Source: Candidatus Latescibacterota bacterium (GTDB lineage: Bacteria > Latescibacterota > UBA2968). From it: a stretch of DNA of 64,000 nucleotides. The first letter of the stretch is position 1. Every line of letters starts with the position of its first letter. The notes beneath the pieces were generated by a model that searched no databases, had not been told where the DNA came from, and was given only the letters and a program-made list of their open reading frames with translations. The translations under genes were made by a program, and so were the position numbers. Shown here one piece after another: positions 48,371-59,724 of the stretch. The stretch is from positions 3,488,001 through 3,552,000 of the forward strand of contig OZ242195.1 in the NCBI GenBank assembly GCA_965205975.1, written 5' to 3'.

Positions 48371-49648
48371 ATGAAACCACTGAATCGGCGCACATTTCTC
48401 AGAAGTGCAGGTGTTTGTCTGGCATTGCCGTTTTTAGACGCCATGATCCCCGTGGGGCGAACTGCGAGTCGGGCATTTGCACTTGCCCGCGAACAAACCG
48501 CAAAGCGGCTGGTATGTATTGGCAACCCCTTTGGAATGATCCCCGAGCGATTCTTCCCAACGGGAAGCGGAGGAAATTACACACTCCCCACACTCCTGCA
48601 ACCCCTATCAGCGCATCAACAAGATTTCACAATCTTCTCCAACCTGGACCACGGCGTAACCGGCGGACACCGCACCGCGCATACATTCTTGAGCGGCATC
48701 CGCATCAAAGACGCCAAAATGATGCCCGAAGGCAACATCAGCATCGATCAAAAAGCCGCGGAATTTGTGGGCGTCAACACGCGGTTTCCCTCGTTAAACG
48801 TAAGCATCAATGGCCACTGCGAAATGGTCTGGACGCGCACGGGCGTGCGGGTACCGCCAATTAACAATCCCCAAAAAGTATTTCAAGCACTATTTGTAGA
48901 TACCACAGCACAAGAGAAAAAGCAACGTGCAATCGCGCTCGAACAGCACGGCAGCATCTTAGACGCCGTAATGGGAGAAGCGCGATCCTTTGAGCGCAAA
49001 CTGGGACAAAGAGACCGGGAAAAACTGGAAGAATATCTGACCTCTGTGCGCACAGTCGAGAAAAAGCTGGGCATGTCCAAAGCGTGGCTGGACAAACCTA
49101 AACCCCAGGTCAATATGGCAATGCCGGAAAATGGCCCCTTTGTCGAAACCCTGCCCTTGATGTACGACCTCATTGCCCTATCACTCCAAACAGATTCCAC
49201 GCGGATCGCAACCCTGGAAGTCGGCCAGGGGATCAAAACCACGGACCTGGGCTTGAACACAAATTACCACAAATACTCACATCACGGCAAATTGCCCGAA
49301 CTCATGGAAGGCCTGACAATAATTGAAAAATACCAGATGGAACACCTGGGCCTGTTCTTCGACAAACTCAAAGCCATTGAAGACCCCGCCGGGGGAACCC
49401 TATTTGACAACACCATGGTATTATCGGGCAGCGGCATGGGCAATGGCAGTTCGCACTCTAACAAAAACCTGCCCATCTTGCTCGCGGGTGGCGGATTCAA
49501 TCACGGGCAGCACATAGTATTTCCAGAAGCAAAGCCCCAGCGCGTTCCACTGAGCAATTTGTACCTATCTATGTTGCAAAATTTTGGATTAGAAATCGAT
49601 CATTTCGGCCAGAGCACCGGCACGCTGAAAGGATTTGAAGTAAAATGA
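48371..49648 (+). CDS. DUF1552 (HxxSHH) protein with Tat signal
   Basis: NRRTFLR..ALPFLDAM, ISIDQ, YHKYSHH, SHSNKNLP. Confidence 0.88.
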   Translation: MKPLNRRTFLRSAGVCLALPFLDAMIPVGRTASRAFALAREQTAKRLVCIGNPFGMIPERFFPTGSGGNYTLPTLLQPLSAHQQDFTIFSNLDHGVTGGHRTAHTFLSGIRIKDAKMMPEGNISIDQKAAEFVGVNTRFPSLNVSINGHCEMVWTRTGVRVPPINNPQKVFQALFVDTTAQEKKQRAIALEQHGSILDAVMGEARSFERKLGQRDREKLEEYLTSVRTVEKKLGMSKAWLDKPKPQVNMAMPENGPFVETLPLMYDLIALSLQTDSTRIATLEVGQGIKTTDLGLNTNYHKYSHHGKLPELMEGLTIIEKYQMEHLGLFFDKLKAIEDPAGGTLFDNTMVLSGSGMGNGSSHSNKNLPILLAGGGFNHGQHIVFPEAKPQRVPLSNLYLSMLQNFGLEIDHFGQSTGTLKGFEVK

Positions 49649-52110
49649 AAAAAAGCGTTCTATTCCTCCTGATTGGCCTCTTGTCGTCAGCGACTGCATG
49701 GGCAGAAGGGGATGCGACATACAAAAACACCGTGCGGACATTTTTGGCGCAGCGATGTCAACATTGCCACGGCGCAGAGCTTCAAAAAGCAGACCTGCGG
49801 TTTGACACCCTCACGTTGGATTTTCACAATGAAGATGTCTTGCTAACCTGGCAAAATATCGCCGACATGTTAAACCTCGGCTTAATGCCGCCCTATGAAG
49901 AACCGCAGCCAGAACTGGCTGAAATGAAGCCCGTAATCGATTGGATCACCAGCGCGCTAAAAGCGCATTACGAAGCAGAAGAAAGCACGGGTGGACAAAC
50001 GGTATTGCGCCGCTTGAATCGGAAGGAATACCGCAACACCATTCGGGACCTGTTGCATCTGGACATGACCATGTTTGACCCCACAGATGCATTTCCCCAG
50101 GACGACGAAGAACACGGATTCGACAACATCGGCAAAACCCTCGTCATGTCGGATTTTCTGGTCGAAAAATATCTCGACGCAGCCGATCAAATCGTAGAGC
50201 GCGCCCTATTGCCCGGCCCGCCGCCAGAAGTAAAAACACACGAATTTACCTTTCCCATCATGCGCGGAGGCGGTGGATTTTTATCACCGGCGAGCCGCCG
50301 CTTGAAACAGGGATACGACGAGCTATTCCGCCGCCCCGATGACCGCTGGGGATACATGTCCATCGACAGATTCCGAAAAGGCGTACCGCATTCGGGAATG
50401 TACCGCGTTCGCGTTCGCGCATCTGCACACAACCAGCAACACCCTTATGACAGAATGCTGCGAACAGATGAAAATGAACCCATGCGCATGGGCATTGTCG
50501 CCGCATCCGGGCGTTATGGCGACCTGCGGCAGAGCAACACATCGGATATCACACTGGCCGAATTTGAAATGATCGCAGATGGACAACCGCGCGATTACGA
50601 ACGCAAACTCTGGCTGGATGAGTCCTATATGCCGCGCGTCACCTATCCAAACGGACCCGTCACTCTTTATTGGGGGGGCCTTCTGAGGCGTTATCACCCC
50701 CAGCTATACGAAAAAACAGACCGGCGCAAACTATCTCAACGAGAAGATCAAGAACTCGTACGCCGGCAAACCGAAGTCACAGTCATGAATTATCTCGGAC
50801 CGACCATTCGCATATACAAAGTCGAAATCGAAGGTCCCCTTTACGAACAGTGGCCCCCGCCTTCGCACACGAGCATCTTTGGCAAGCGCGATCCCAACAA
50901 AGTCAAACCGCGCGATATCCTGACGCGCTTTGCAACGCGCGCGTATCGCCGCCCGGTCAAACACAGTGAAATCGCGCACATCCTGCAACTGGTCGAGCAG
51001 CACGAAAAAGCTGGCGCCTCGCGCGTCCAGGCCATCAAAATGGGCTTAAAAGCCATCTTGTGTTCGCCCAATTTCCTCTATCTCTACGAAAACGAAGGCC
51101 AATTAGACGACTATGCCCTCGCGTCCAAGCTATCGTATTTTCTCTGGTCATCCCTGCCCGATGAGGAATTGATTGCGCAGGCAAAAAAGAAGCGATTGCA
51201 CAAACCCGATGTCTTGCGCGCACAAATTAATCGCATGTTAAAAGACGAGAAGGCACGGGCATTTGCAGAGAACTTCACAGAACGCTGGTTAGCCCTGTAC
51301 AAAATTGGCGAAATGCCGCCCGACCCGCGCAATTTCCGATTGTACTATCAGGCGCATCTCGAAGACGCGATCAAAAAAGAAACCCACGCCTTCTTCCAGC
51401 ACATCCTCGACGAAAACATGAGCATCGCGCATTTCATTGACTCGGACTTCACCTTCGTCAACCGGGACCTGAGCTTGTTATACAAAATAGAAGGCGTAGA
51501 AGGCCGGGAATTTCGCAAAGTAAAACTCAACGACCCCCAACGCGGCGGCCTGCTGGGACACGCCAGCGTATTGACGGCAACATCCAACGGCATCGAAACA
51601 TCGCCCGTGGTGCGCGGGGTATGGGTATTAGAAAACATATTGGGCATAACACCCCCGCCACCCCTGCCCGATATCGAGCCACTCGAACCCGACATTCGGG
51701 GATCGACGACCATTCGTCAGCAACTGGCAAAACACCGCAATATCGCCACCTGTAACGAATGCCATCGCCACATTGATCCATTGGGCTTTGCACTGGAAAA
51801 TTACAATCCCATAGGCGCGTGGCGATATGGTTACGGTCCCAAGAAACCAAAAATAGATGCATCAGATGTCCTATCAGATGGCAGCAAATTCGACGACCTT
51901 GTGGGCTTTAAGAAGATCCTCATGGGAAAGAAAGATCAATTTGCCCGCTGTCTGACAGAAAAGATGCTTACCTACGCGACCGGACGCACATTGGAAGCCA
52001 CCGACCGCCCCGAAGTGGATCGCATCGTACACAATTTGAAAACACAGGGCTATGGCTTGAAAGACCTGGTCATGCTCGTAGCGACGAGTGAGCCATTCAC
52101 GACCAAATAA
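49645..52110 (+). CDS. DUF1592/PSCyt-type cytochrome c domain protein
   Basis: CQHCH and CNECH, LRRLN..EY.NT, LASKLSYFLWSS.PD, TSPVVRG.W. Confidence 0.88.
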   Translation: MKKSVLFLLIGLLSSATAWAEGDATYKNTVRTFLAQRCQHCHGAELQKADLRFDTLTLDFHNEDVLLTWQNIADMLNLGLMPPYEEPQPELAEMKPVIDWITSALKAHYEAEESTGGQTVLRRLNRKEYRNTIRDLLHLDMTMFDPTDAFPQDDEEHGFDNIGKTLVMSDFLVEKYLDAADQIVERALLPGPPPEVKTHEFTFPIMRGGGGFLSPASRRLKQGYDELFRRPDDRWGYMSIDRFRKGVPHSGMYRVRVRASAHNQQHPYDRMLRTDENEPMRMGIVAASGRYGDLRQSNTSDITLAEFEMIADGQPRDYERKLWLDESYMPRVTYPNGPVTLYWGGLLRRYHPQLYEKTDRRKLSQREDQELVRRQTEVTVMNYLGPTIRIYKVEIEGPLYEQWPPPSHTSIFGKRDPNKVKPRDILTRFATRAYRRPVKHSEIAHILQLVEQHEKAGASRVQAIKMGLKAILCSPNFLYLYENEGQLDDYALASKLSYFLWSSLPDEELIAQAKKKRLHKPDVLRAQINRMLKDEKARAFAENFTERWLALYKIGEMPPDPRNFRLYYQAHLEDAIKKETHAFFQHILDENMSIAHFIDSDFTFVNRDLSLLYKIEGVEGREFRKVKLNDPQRGGLLGHASVLTATSNGIETSPVVRGVWVLENILGITPPPPLPDIEPLEPDIRGSTTIRQQLAKHRNIATCNECHRHIDPLGFALENYNPIGAWRYGYGPKKPKIDASDVLSDGSKFDDLVGFKKILMGKKDQFARCLTEKMLTYATGRTLEATDRPEVDRIVHNLKTQGYGLKDLVMLVATSEPFTTK

Positions 52111-52135
52111 GTCACCAACTTCGCAAGAGAAAAAC

Positions 52136-52169
52136 AAAACGCTCTGGTATTATTACCAGGGCGTTTTTT
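52136..52169 (+). terminator. Intrinsic terminator
   Basis: AACGCTCTGGTA..TACCAGGGCGTTTTTT. Confidence 0.75.
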
Positions 52170-52396
52170 CTTTATAAAAATAAATAGAAACACTATCGTT
52201 TTCGATTGACCTACCTTAATTTAAATATTAATTTGGCTTAAACATTAATTCAATTTAAAAATAAAATAAATCATTTTAATCGCCATCACATTTCATCCGA
52301 GATCCGAAAGGAGGAATGCCTATAATATTAAGAGTAGAAGTGTTTTCCCTGCAGCATGTAAATCATCACACAAACCGCAACAAAGGAGGTCGTTCT

Positions 52397-53095
52397 ATGA
52401 AGTTCATTGTAGCAGCGTTACTAAGTCTGGCCCTTGTTGGGCCGGGAGTGGCAGAAGTGAACGGCACCTGGTCTGTTGGGGTGACCGGGCAATACGACGT
52501 GCCGCTGTTCAAGTTGAACCAGTGGTTCCCCTCGGGTGGGATTGACATCGGGGGAACGGTCTCTCGCATCAACAACCCAACCTGGACATTTGAACTGGAC
52601 GCGCGGTATGCCAAATACGGCTCGGGCGAACTGGAAAACCGCAGATTCCTGTGGTCGGTTGACCTGCAGGAATACGAAAGCTCCAACGCCAGTTCAGAAA
52701 TGACCTGGTTTACGGTAACCGCCAACTATATTTACCACTTCGACGGCGGAGGTGCAAAATTAGACACCGGGGGCGGCGCACCCTACTTCGTCATCGGATC
52801 GGGCTTTTACCACTACAACAACGAAATCAGCGGATTGATTTATCCCGGTCAGAGCGGAACGCTGGACACCAATTTGATACAGCGTCCCGAATCAGATGTT
52901 CGCACGGCTCTGGGTGTAAACGCAGGTGTGGGCGTCGAATATTTCGCCTCTCAGAATTTTGCCATTGACCTTCGGGCACAATACCACATCATCTGGGGTC
53001 ATGTGCGCCCCCTGGAAGCCTGGGGCTTACAAGAGGCATTTCCATTTCACAAACTCAACATAGGTGTTCGGCTCAAGTTGTATTTCCCCAAATAA
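52397..53095 (+). CDS. Small outer-membrane beta-barrel protein
   Basis: Signal peptide, alternating beta strands (PYFVIGSG, GVNAGVGVEYF); RBS AGGAGG. Confidence 0.7.
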   Translation: MKFIVAALLSLALVGPGVAEVNGTWSVGVTGQYDVPLFKLNQWFPSGGIDIGGTVSRINNPTWTFELDARYAKYGSGELENRRFLWSVDLQEYESSNASSEMTWFTVTANYIYHFDGGGAKLDTGGGAPYFVIGSGFYHYNNEISGLIYPGQSGTLDTNLIQRPESDVRTALGVNAGVGVEYFASQNFAIDLRAQYHIIWGHVRPLEAWGLQEAFPFHKLNIGVRLKLYFPK

Positions 53096-53110
53096 TAACG
53101 GAGGTTCAAC

Positions 53111-56100
53111 ATGCGTTTTAACATTCGTTTGGGCTATCTCCTGATCCTGGTCGGCGCGCTATGCGTCTTCCATCCGGGCGATGGGATAGCCACAACAGGA
53201 AAAGTCACCGGTGTGGTAAAAGATGCCCAGGGTGAGGCACTACCGGGTGTCAACGTCGTCGTGAAGGGCACGCGGCGCGGTGCCGTAACCGATACAGACG
53301 GCTATTTTTTAATATTAGCTGCCGATCCGGGCGTGCATGAAGTAGAAGCATCCCTGGTAGGCTACCGCACCGAAACCATCCAAAACGTCCTGGTACAGGT
53401 CGAATTGACCACCACAGTGGATATCGTACTCCAGGAAGCAGCCTTAGAACTCGGCGAACTGGTCGTCATTGCCGAGCGGCCTGCCGTGGAACCCGATAAA
53501 ACCGTGAGTCGCTATATCGTAGGCGTCGAACAAGTCGAACAGGTTCCCCTCGCGCGAAACGCGGCAGAAATCATCGAATTGCAACCCGGCGTATCCCTGG
53601 ACGGCGCCATGCGCATCCGCGCAAGCCATACCGCCTCGGTAACCAATGGCACTAACGAAGTCTTTGTGGAAATCGACGGCATTCGCCTGTCCAACGACGA
53701 TGGCGTAGCCGAAAACAACACAGCCTCACAGGTCAACAGCCTGGCGCGCGGGGCATTGCAAGAAGTCGCCGTCGTCACCGGCGGCATGAACGCCGAATAC
53801 GGCAATGCACAGGGCGGCGTGATCAGCCTGGTGAGCCGCGAAGCCAAAGAGCGATATGGCGGCCTGGGCGAATACCGCCTGACCCTGCCGGGGCTAAAGC
53901 ACTGGGGCGCGAACGTCTATAACAGCCCGCTGTTAGAGGGCAAAACCCCGGACACCGGCAATCCCAATATAGATTCATCGCCTTCGGATTACGACAAAGC
54001 ATTAGGACATTTTTTGGAAGGCAACGTCTCCGGCCCAATCAATCCACAACTCGGCTTCTTCCTCAGTACCTATACAGATCGGCAGGCATCCGTTTTTCCA
54101 GGACCTTCCAATCACGCACCCTTCAACCTGAACACATCGGCCAATGCGACCTATCGGCCGGGCGACAAGTACAAATTCAAGCTCGGCACCACATGGGTGT
54201 ACAAAGACGGATTCAACAACGGCTCGACCAGTGTGGTACGCGGTCCGGGCGGCGCAACCACGGGCGTGCCGCCAGGCGGAGTGCGGGGCATCTCGGAAAG
54301 CGGCCTCAACCTCTACCTGCCCGCAGGATATAGCTCCTCGGGCAAGTCGCCGCGCACCGATCAGGTATTTTACGGCGTCTTGACACACACCATATCGCCC
54401 AAAACATTTTACGAAGTCCGCGTATCTTTCCAGAGCACATCTCTCGATACCAGTGACGTACCGTCAGAGACAACTGATATCATTCGCGGTGCAAACGGAT
54501 TTTACGGCACGCGAGATATCCACGCCTTTAGCTGGGCGCGGCGCACGCGCATCCTGTTAAAAGGCGACTTGTCCAGCCAGGTGACGCGGGGACACTTTGT
54601 AAAAGCCGGATTCGAAATCATCCGCAACAGCATCGAACAGCAAGATGTGATTTTCAACACAACCCGCGAACGCAACATCCGCTTGCTGGGCAAGGGCGAT
54701 CCCATCGTGGGCATGGAACCTTTTAATCCCGCGACCTACGCGGCTTATATCCAGGACAAAATGGAATTTGAGGGCCTGATCGTCAATCTGGGTGTGCGCT
54801 ACGAAGTCCTCGCGCCCGGCGAATCCTTTGGCCGCGCCATGGACCACGTCACCTGGAACCACTACAACTCGCTGACGCGCTGGCGAAACGTACCCATCGT
54901 GGATTCGCCCACGCAGACAGCCATCAGCCCGCGCCTGGGCATTTCACACCCCATCACAGAGCGCTCCACCATTCGATTTTTCACTGGACGCTTCCACCAG
55001 TTTATCGGCCTGCAAAGCCTTTACAACCGCACCTGGCGGGCCACCGGACCGGACAAAGATCTGAATGGCAACGGACAAATCGACGAGATGGAAATTTTCA
55101 ACGCCCTGGTCTATCCGCTGGCGGGTGAATTTGGCAATGTCCACATGAAACCCGAACGCACGACCAACTTTGAGGTCGGCTTCGACTACAACTTCTACGG
55201 CGATTACGTATTGGGTCTGACGGCTTTTTACAAAGACCAGGAAGGCACGCTATCCAGCGGTGGGTCTGACTTCTTCATCGACGAGCCGGTATTTGGCTTC
55301 AACTCCTCATACACCCACGCATTCTTCAATCGCCGCTTTGCTACATCTCGCGGATTTGAGCTGTCCTTTCAGAAAAAATTCAGCCAGATGACAGCCCTGT
55401 ACGTGGCTTACAACGTCAACTGGGCCAAAGCGCACCGCGGCGGCAAATCATCCTGGGAATGGTTCATCGCTCCCACGGCTCAATATGTGAACAGCGACAA
55501 GTTCTTTGCAGGCGTCACCGTGCAAGCCGACGGACAGGAAGTGCCCCGCGCACCAACGGCCGAAGAGCGGAGGGCATTCGCAGAGAAGGCCAATGAAATT
55601 GCTCTGAAATACAAAGCCAAAGCAGATGTGATGGAACCAAAGAGCAATGCCTTCTGGGAACAGCCAGTCCTCGTTGAAGACGGACTGTACTCCTTCAACA
55701 TCGCCAACTACAGCATTCCCACCTTAGATGGCGGTCTGGACAGGCGCAACTTTGCCAGCGTGCAATTCCTCTTCTCTGCACCGCCGGATTTCCACGTTAC
55801 TGCTCTGGCTGGATTCCGCGCGACCATGGTCTGGCAGATGCAGACTGGCGGCGCATTCTGGTACACGCCGCCCACGGGACCCCGGGAGCGGCGCAACGGC
55901 CCGCCCACCACAGTGACCGATGTCAGCTTTGAAAAAGACTTTGGACTGGGGCAAACGGGTACAGCCACAACCTTCCTGGAAGTCCGCAACCTCTTTGGGC
56001 AGCGCGACGATACGAGCACTGGTTTCCGCTGGATCCAGTACGGCCTCCAGAAACCGCCGCCCGGAGACAGCAAATTCGATACTTTCGGCGATATTTCCGA

Positions 56101-56170
56101 ACTGACCCGCTACAACGGCGGGCTGGGCAGACCCCGAACCATCGTGGCCGGGGCGCGGTTTAAGTTCTAA
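53111..56170 (+). CDS. TonB-dependent receptor
   Basis: GKVTGVV..LPGVNV, TGGMNAEYGNA.GGV, YIQDKME, SPRLGISHP, terminal F. Confidence 0.9.
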   Translation: MRFNIRLGYLLILVGALCVFHPGDGIATTGKVTGVVKDAQGEALPGVNVVVKGTRRGAVTDTDGYFLILAADPGVHEVEASLVGYRTETIQNVLVQVELTTTVDIVLQEAALELGELVVIAERPAVEPDKTVSRYIVGVEQVEQVPLARNAAEIIELQPGVSLDGAMRIRASHTASVTNGTNEVFVEIDGIRLSNDDGVAENNTASQVNSLARGALQEVAVVTGGMNAEYGNAQGGVISLVSREAKERYGGLGEYRLTLPGLKHWGANVYNSPLLEGKTPDTGNPNIDSSPSDYDKALGHFLEGNVSGPINPQLGFFLSTYTDRQASVFPGPSNHAPFNLNTSANATYRPGDKYKFKLGTTWVYKDGFNNGSTSVVRGPGGATTGVPPGGVRGISESGLNLYLPAGYSSSGKSPRTDQVFYGVLTHTISPKTFYEVRVSFQSTSLDTSDVPSETTDIIRGANGFYGTRDIHAFSWARRTRILLKGDLSSQVTRGHFVKAGFEIIRNSIEQQDVIFNTTRERNIRLLGKGDPIVGMEPFNPATYAAYIQDKMEFEGLIVNLGVRYEVLAPGESFGRAMDHVTWNHYNSLTRWRNVPIVDSPTQTAISPRLGISHPITERSTIRFFTGRFHQFIGLQSLYNRTWRATGPDKDLNGNGQIDEMEIFNALVYPLAGEFGNVHMKPERTTNFEVGFDYNFYGDYVLGLTAFYKDQEGTLSSGGSDFFIDEPVFGFNSSYTHAFFNRRFATSRGFELSFQKKFSQMTALYVAYNVNWAKAHRGGKSSWEWFIAPTAQYVNSDKFFAGVTVQADGQEVPRAPTAEERRAFAEKANEIALKYKAKADVMEPKSNAFWEQPVLVEDGLYSFNIANYSIPTLDGGLDRRNFASVQFLFSAPPDFHVTALAGFRATMVWQMQTGGAFWYTPPTGPRERRNGPPTTVTDVSFEKDFGLGQTGTATTFLEVRNLFGQRDDTSTGFRWIQYGLQKPPPGDSKFDTFGDISELTRYNGGLGRPRTIVAGARFKF

Positions 56171-56191
56171 TCTGACAGGAGGAGCATATTC

Positions 56192-58531
56192 ATGTCTCTG
56201 AAAAACTTGAAAAAACAATGGCTATCGGGTCTGATGGTGCTGTGCCTCATGTCAATCGGCACAATAGATTTGCAAGCGCAGGTGGTCTATAGCGCGTCGC
56301 GGCACATGACCCGGTCGCAGGTGTGGCTCTCGTTTACCAACTCCGGTACGTCGAGCATGCACTATCAGGTGACGCCATCTCGGGTGATGATGCGCATGTC
56401 CTACCCGGGCGAATTGTATTCCCTATACGCCCTGCTGGGCACCGAAGAATTTGTGGAATACTGGGGCGACAAAGCATGGGGATCAGCCGCACAAAAGGCA
56501 TTTACAAACATGCACTCGGCTGGCGAGGGCGTGCTGGTATTGACCAATGTGGGCGGTGAAAAATACGTATCGGTCACAGGCCCGCGCACGCCCACCGAAG
56601 ACGTAATACCCATGAATTACGACATCGCCAACTCAAAAGAAGCCTCGTGGGGAATGCAGTCCATTGTGCCCAATCGCGGTGTGGGTCCAGGCACGGTAAA
56701 ATCCAACTGGTGGCAAGGTGCTTCGCCCCAATCCGCTGACCCGGCCAATTTGCGACCCTACGAAATTCACAACTTCGATTACGGCGTTTATCCGCCCGTA
56801 CAAAATGCAGGCGAAGAAATCCATATCACGCAGTGGCAGACAAAGCACAACATCGTCGTCACGCGCAAAGCACATGCGTGGAGTCATCAGGATTTCGACG
56901 ACTTTTTCATTATAGAACTCGAGTTCGAAAATCAAGGCGGACAGCAACTCGACGACACCTACCTTGGCGTCATGAACTCCATGTACGTCAACAGCTCTGG
57001 AACATCTTTCCGCTGGGGTCATGAAGGCGGCCTGGTCACCTATCGCCGCAGTCAGGCACTGGACGACCACTATCGCTACAGCGAGGCACCCAACTTCGAA
57101 AACAATTCCTTAAGTGGGCTATCACCCGCGGATTTCCAGGGCAAATACATCATGTACCAGTGGGATGGCAATTCCCCATCCAGCTTCGAAGAAGACACGG
57201 GCGACCCCTACTTCTCCGACCTGGAAGTCACGGCTTTTCCCGGCAGCAAGAGCAGGCCCGAAGGCATGCCCATTGCGCCGGCCTATCAGTTTATGGCACC
57301 TCTGGCTTTTCGCAATGCCGGGAGTCACACATTCAACGCCGCAGACGCAGCAGAAGGCTTTGTCGATCCACAGGGCGAACCCCTGTCGCACTGGTACGAA
57401 GTATTTGGCCGCCGCAACATCGACGACCCCACGCGGGGCGCGTTGAGCATGGCCGATCAGTACGACTTCTTCACCTCGCCCACAATGGCCAACCCGCCCT
57501 CTGAACAAATGCAGTGGGAAGACCTGATCTTTGGTCCCTACAGCCTGTCACCCGGGCAAAAAGCCAAAATCGTGCTCGCCTACGGCTTTGGGTCGGCCGC
57601 TGAATATGACATCAACAGCCAGACGGGTTATGCCAATGACATCACCAAGTGGTCGTGGAACGTGGGCGATGTTGGACCAGACGCCCGCAAATCGCTTTTA
57701 GCCAAAGGTGAAGAAGCCATGCTGCGTCATCTAAACCACGCGCAATTTGCCTATAACAACGAGTACCAGATACCCAACGCACCCCCGGATGTAGATTTTT
57801 TCCAGGGGAGCAATGCCCAGGCCAAAATTACGCTGACGTGGTCAGATGCCGCAGAAAAAGCCATCAACCCCGAATACGGACAGGCCGATGTGGTCGCCTA
57901 TCGGGTCTATCGCTCAATCTGGCAGGAAACCGGACCATGGGAACTGGTGGGCGAGGTTTCAGCTGGCAGTAGCCAGGGTGGCACGTACACCTGGGTAGAT
58001 GAAAATTCGCTGGCCGGATTCCAATTCGCCTACAATGTGCGCTCTGTAGCCAGCCCCAAATCGTCGTGGTCCGAAGGCTCCAAAACCCTTGCCGATCTCC
58101 CCGAGACCGTGCGCAAGCACCTCACGGAAAATGGTCTGGAAAGCGGATGGTCCGCAGCGGAACAGCGCATGATCGTTCCGGGCAGCCCAATTTTGGCCGC
58201 CAATGACGCCGCCGACAATATGGAGAGACCGGTAGTCGTGGTGCCCAATCCGTTTAGTCTGGCGCAAGCCCAATCCAATTATCAGGGCACACTCAAACTG
58301 CGCTTTGTCGGGGTGCCGCACCAGGCAAAAATCTCCATCTTTACGGTTTCAGGGGATCTCGTTGCCGAAATCAACCACAACGATCCAACGGCCGGGGAAG
58401 CGCAGTGGCTCTTAAAAGATCGCTTCCTCACAGGTGAAGCCACCTCATCCGCGTACTTCTTTGTGGTGGAGTCCCTCGTGCCTTCCAGTCGCGGTCAAAA
58501 GACCAAGGGCGCGTTCATAATCAACCGTTAA
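56192..58531 (+). CDS. Secreted protein with T9SS-like C-terminal sorting domain
   Basis: Signal peptide; FGPYSL.PG, YRVYRS, VVPNPF..F.GVP..ISIFT.SGDLV..W. Confidence 0.72.
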   Translation: MSLKNLKKQWLSGLMVLCLMSIGTIDLQAQVVYSASRHMTRSQVWLSFTNSGTSSMHYQVTPSRVMMRMSYPGELYSLYALLGTEEFVEYWGDKAWGSAAQKAFTNMHSAGEGVLVLTNVGGEKYVSVTGPRTPTEDVIPMNYDIANSKEASWGMQSIVPNRGVGPGTVKSNWWQGASPQSADPANLRPYEIHNFDYGVYPPVQNAGEEIHITQWQTKHNIVVTRKAHAWSHQDFDDFFIIELEFENQGGQQLDDTYLGVMNSMYVNSSGTSFRWGHEGGLVTYRRSQALDDHYRYSEAPNFENNSLSGLSPADFQGKYIMYQWDGNSPSSFEEDTGDPYFSDLEVTAFPGSKSRPEGMPIAPAYQFMAPLAFRNAGSHTFNAADAAEGFVDPQGEPLSHWYEVFGRRNIDDPTRGALSMADQYDFFTSPTMANPPSEQMQWEDLIFGPYSLSPGQKAKIVLAYGFGSAAEYDINSQTGYANDITKWSWNVGDVGPDARKSLLAKGEEAMLRHLNHAQFAYNNEYQIPNAPPDVDFFQGSNAQAKITLTWSDAAEKAINPEYGQADVVAYRVYRSIWQETGPWELVGEVSAGSSQGGTYTWVDENSLAGFQFAYNVRSVASPKSSWSEGSKTLADLPETVRKHLTENGLESGWSAAEQRMIVPGSPILAANDAADNMERPVVVVPNPFSLAQAQSNYQGTLKLRFVGVPHQAKISIFTVSGDLVAEINHNDPTAGEAQWLLKDRFLTGEATSSAYFFVVESLVPSSRGQKTKGAFIINR

Positions 58532-58549
58532 AACACAAGGATTGAAGCT

Positions 58550-59527
58550 ATGAAAAATACGATGTTGCTAATCGTTTTGATGGTGCTCGCCCTATCGGTT
58601 CCGGCTTCGGCGCAGGCACTCTTCCCAGAAGCCGAGGAAATTCTGAATCCAGAGGGCCGCAGCAAGATCAAGCCATCCACATTCAATTTTTTGAAAGTGA
58701 CCAACAATGCCCGAGTCGCGGGCATGGGCGATGCTTTTACCGCGGTATCCGATGGGATAGACGGCATACTCTGGAACCCGGCTGGGCTGACCAAAGTGAA
58801 CAATTTTGGCTATACCTTTGGCTATACTCAATGGTTGGTCGAATCAAAATTTGTCACCGGGTCCCTCGCCTACAACACCGGGCAATGGGGCGTACTCGGA
58901 ATCTCCTTTGTCAACTTTTCCCTGCCCGACATACCCGAAACGACCACCATGGAACCAGACGGCACCGGTGCTATGGTGAACTCGGGCGATCTCGCCGTCG
59001 GCCTGGTTTACGCCTATCAATTGACCGACAAGCTCTCGGCAGCAGCCTCCCTGCGCTTTGTCCAATCCGCGCTGGGACCAGAGACACTCAGCGCAGTCTC
59101 CGTGAACGTCAGCACCTTGATGTACACGGGCTTTCAAAGCCTGCGCCTTGGTATGAACATGAAAAACCTGGGCGGAGAGCAGGAAATTGTGAGCGAAAAA
59201 TCGGAAATGCCCCTGGTATTCCACACCGGGATAGCCATGGAATTGTACGGCAACCTCGGCGATCCCGTATCCCTGACCGGCTCGTTTGAAGGCGCTTTCT
59301 TCACCGACCGCGAGCAACGCTGGAATCTGGGCGGTGAACTCTGGATACAGAACCTCATCGCGCTTCGAGCGGGTTATAAGATCAAATACGACGTGGAAAC
59401 CTGGAGTATTGGCGGTGGCCTCAAAGGGAAATTCGGTGGAAGACACATCGCCTTAGACGTGTCGTATAGCAATTTTGGCGATTTGTTTGACCCGCCTCTG
59501 CGCCTGAATCTCTCGGGTTCATTGTAG
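58550..59527 (+). CDS. PorV/PorQ family outer-membrane barrel
   Basis: FNFLKV..NARVAGMGDAF, WNPAGL, LRAGY. Confidence 0.8.
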   Translation: MKNTMLLIVLMVLALSVPASAQALFPEAEEILNPEGRSKIKPSTFNFLKVTNNARVAGMGDAFTAVSDGIDGILWNPAGLTKVNNFGYTFGYTQWLVESKFVTGSLAYNTGQWGVLGISFVNFSLPDIPETTTMEPDGTGAMVNSGDLAVGLVYAYQLTDKLSAAASLRFVQSALGPETLSAVSVNVSTLMYTGFQSLRLGMNMKNLGGEQEIVSEKSEMPLVFHTGIAMELYGNLGDPVSLTGSFEGAFFTDREQRWNLGGELWIQNLIALRAGYKIKYDVETWSIGGGLKGKFGGRHIALDVSYSNFGDLFDPPLRLNLSGSL

Positions 59528-59536
59528 GAGGAATCG

Positions 59537-59635
59537 GACGAATCAACGAATCAACGAATCAACGAATCAACGACAGAGGTTGTAGCAACTTTGGGTGGTT
59601 GGGCGGGATTCGTCTATTCGTCTATTCGTCTATTC
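59537..59635. repeat. Inverted copy of the octamer-arm element at 20805
   Basis: (ACGAATCA)n core (TTCGTCTA)n; core resembles the reverse complement of the 20805 core. Confidence 0.8.
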
Positions 59636-59724
59636 ATTTCGCCGTATCTTTCATACCCCGCCGGAATTGGAACGCAATCCGACTTCCGTGCGGGGTGTGC
59701 CATTTGCGCTAACAGGAGAGACGT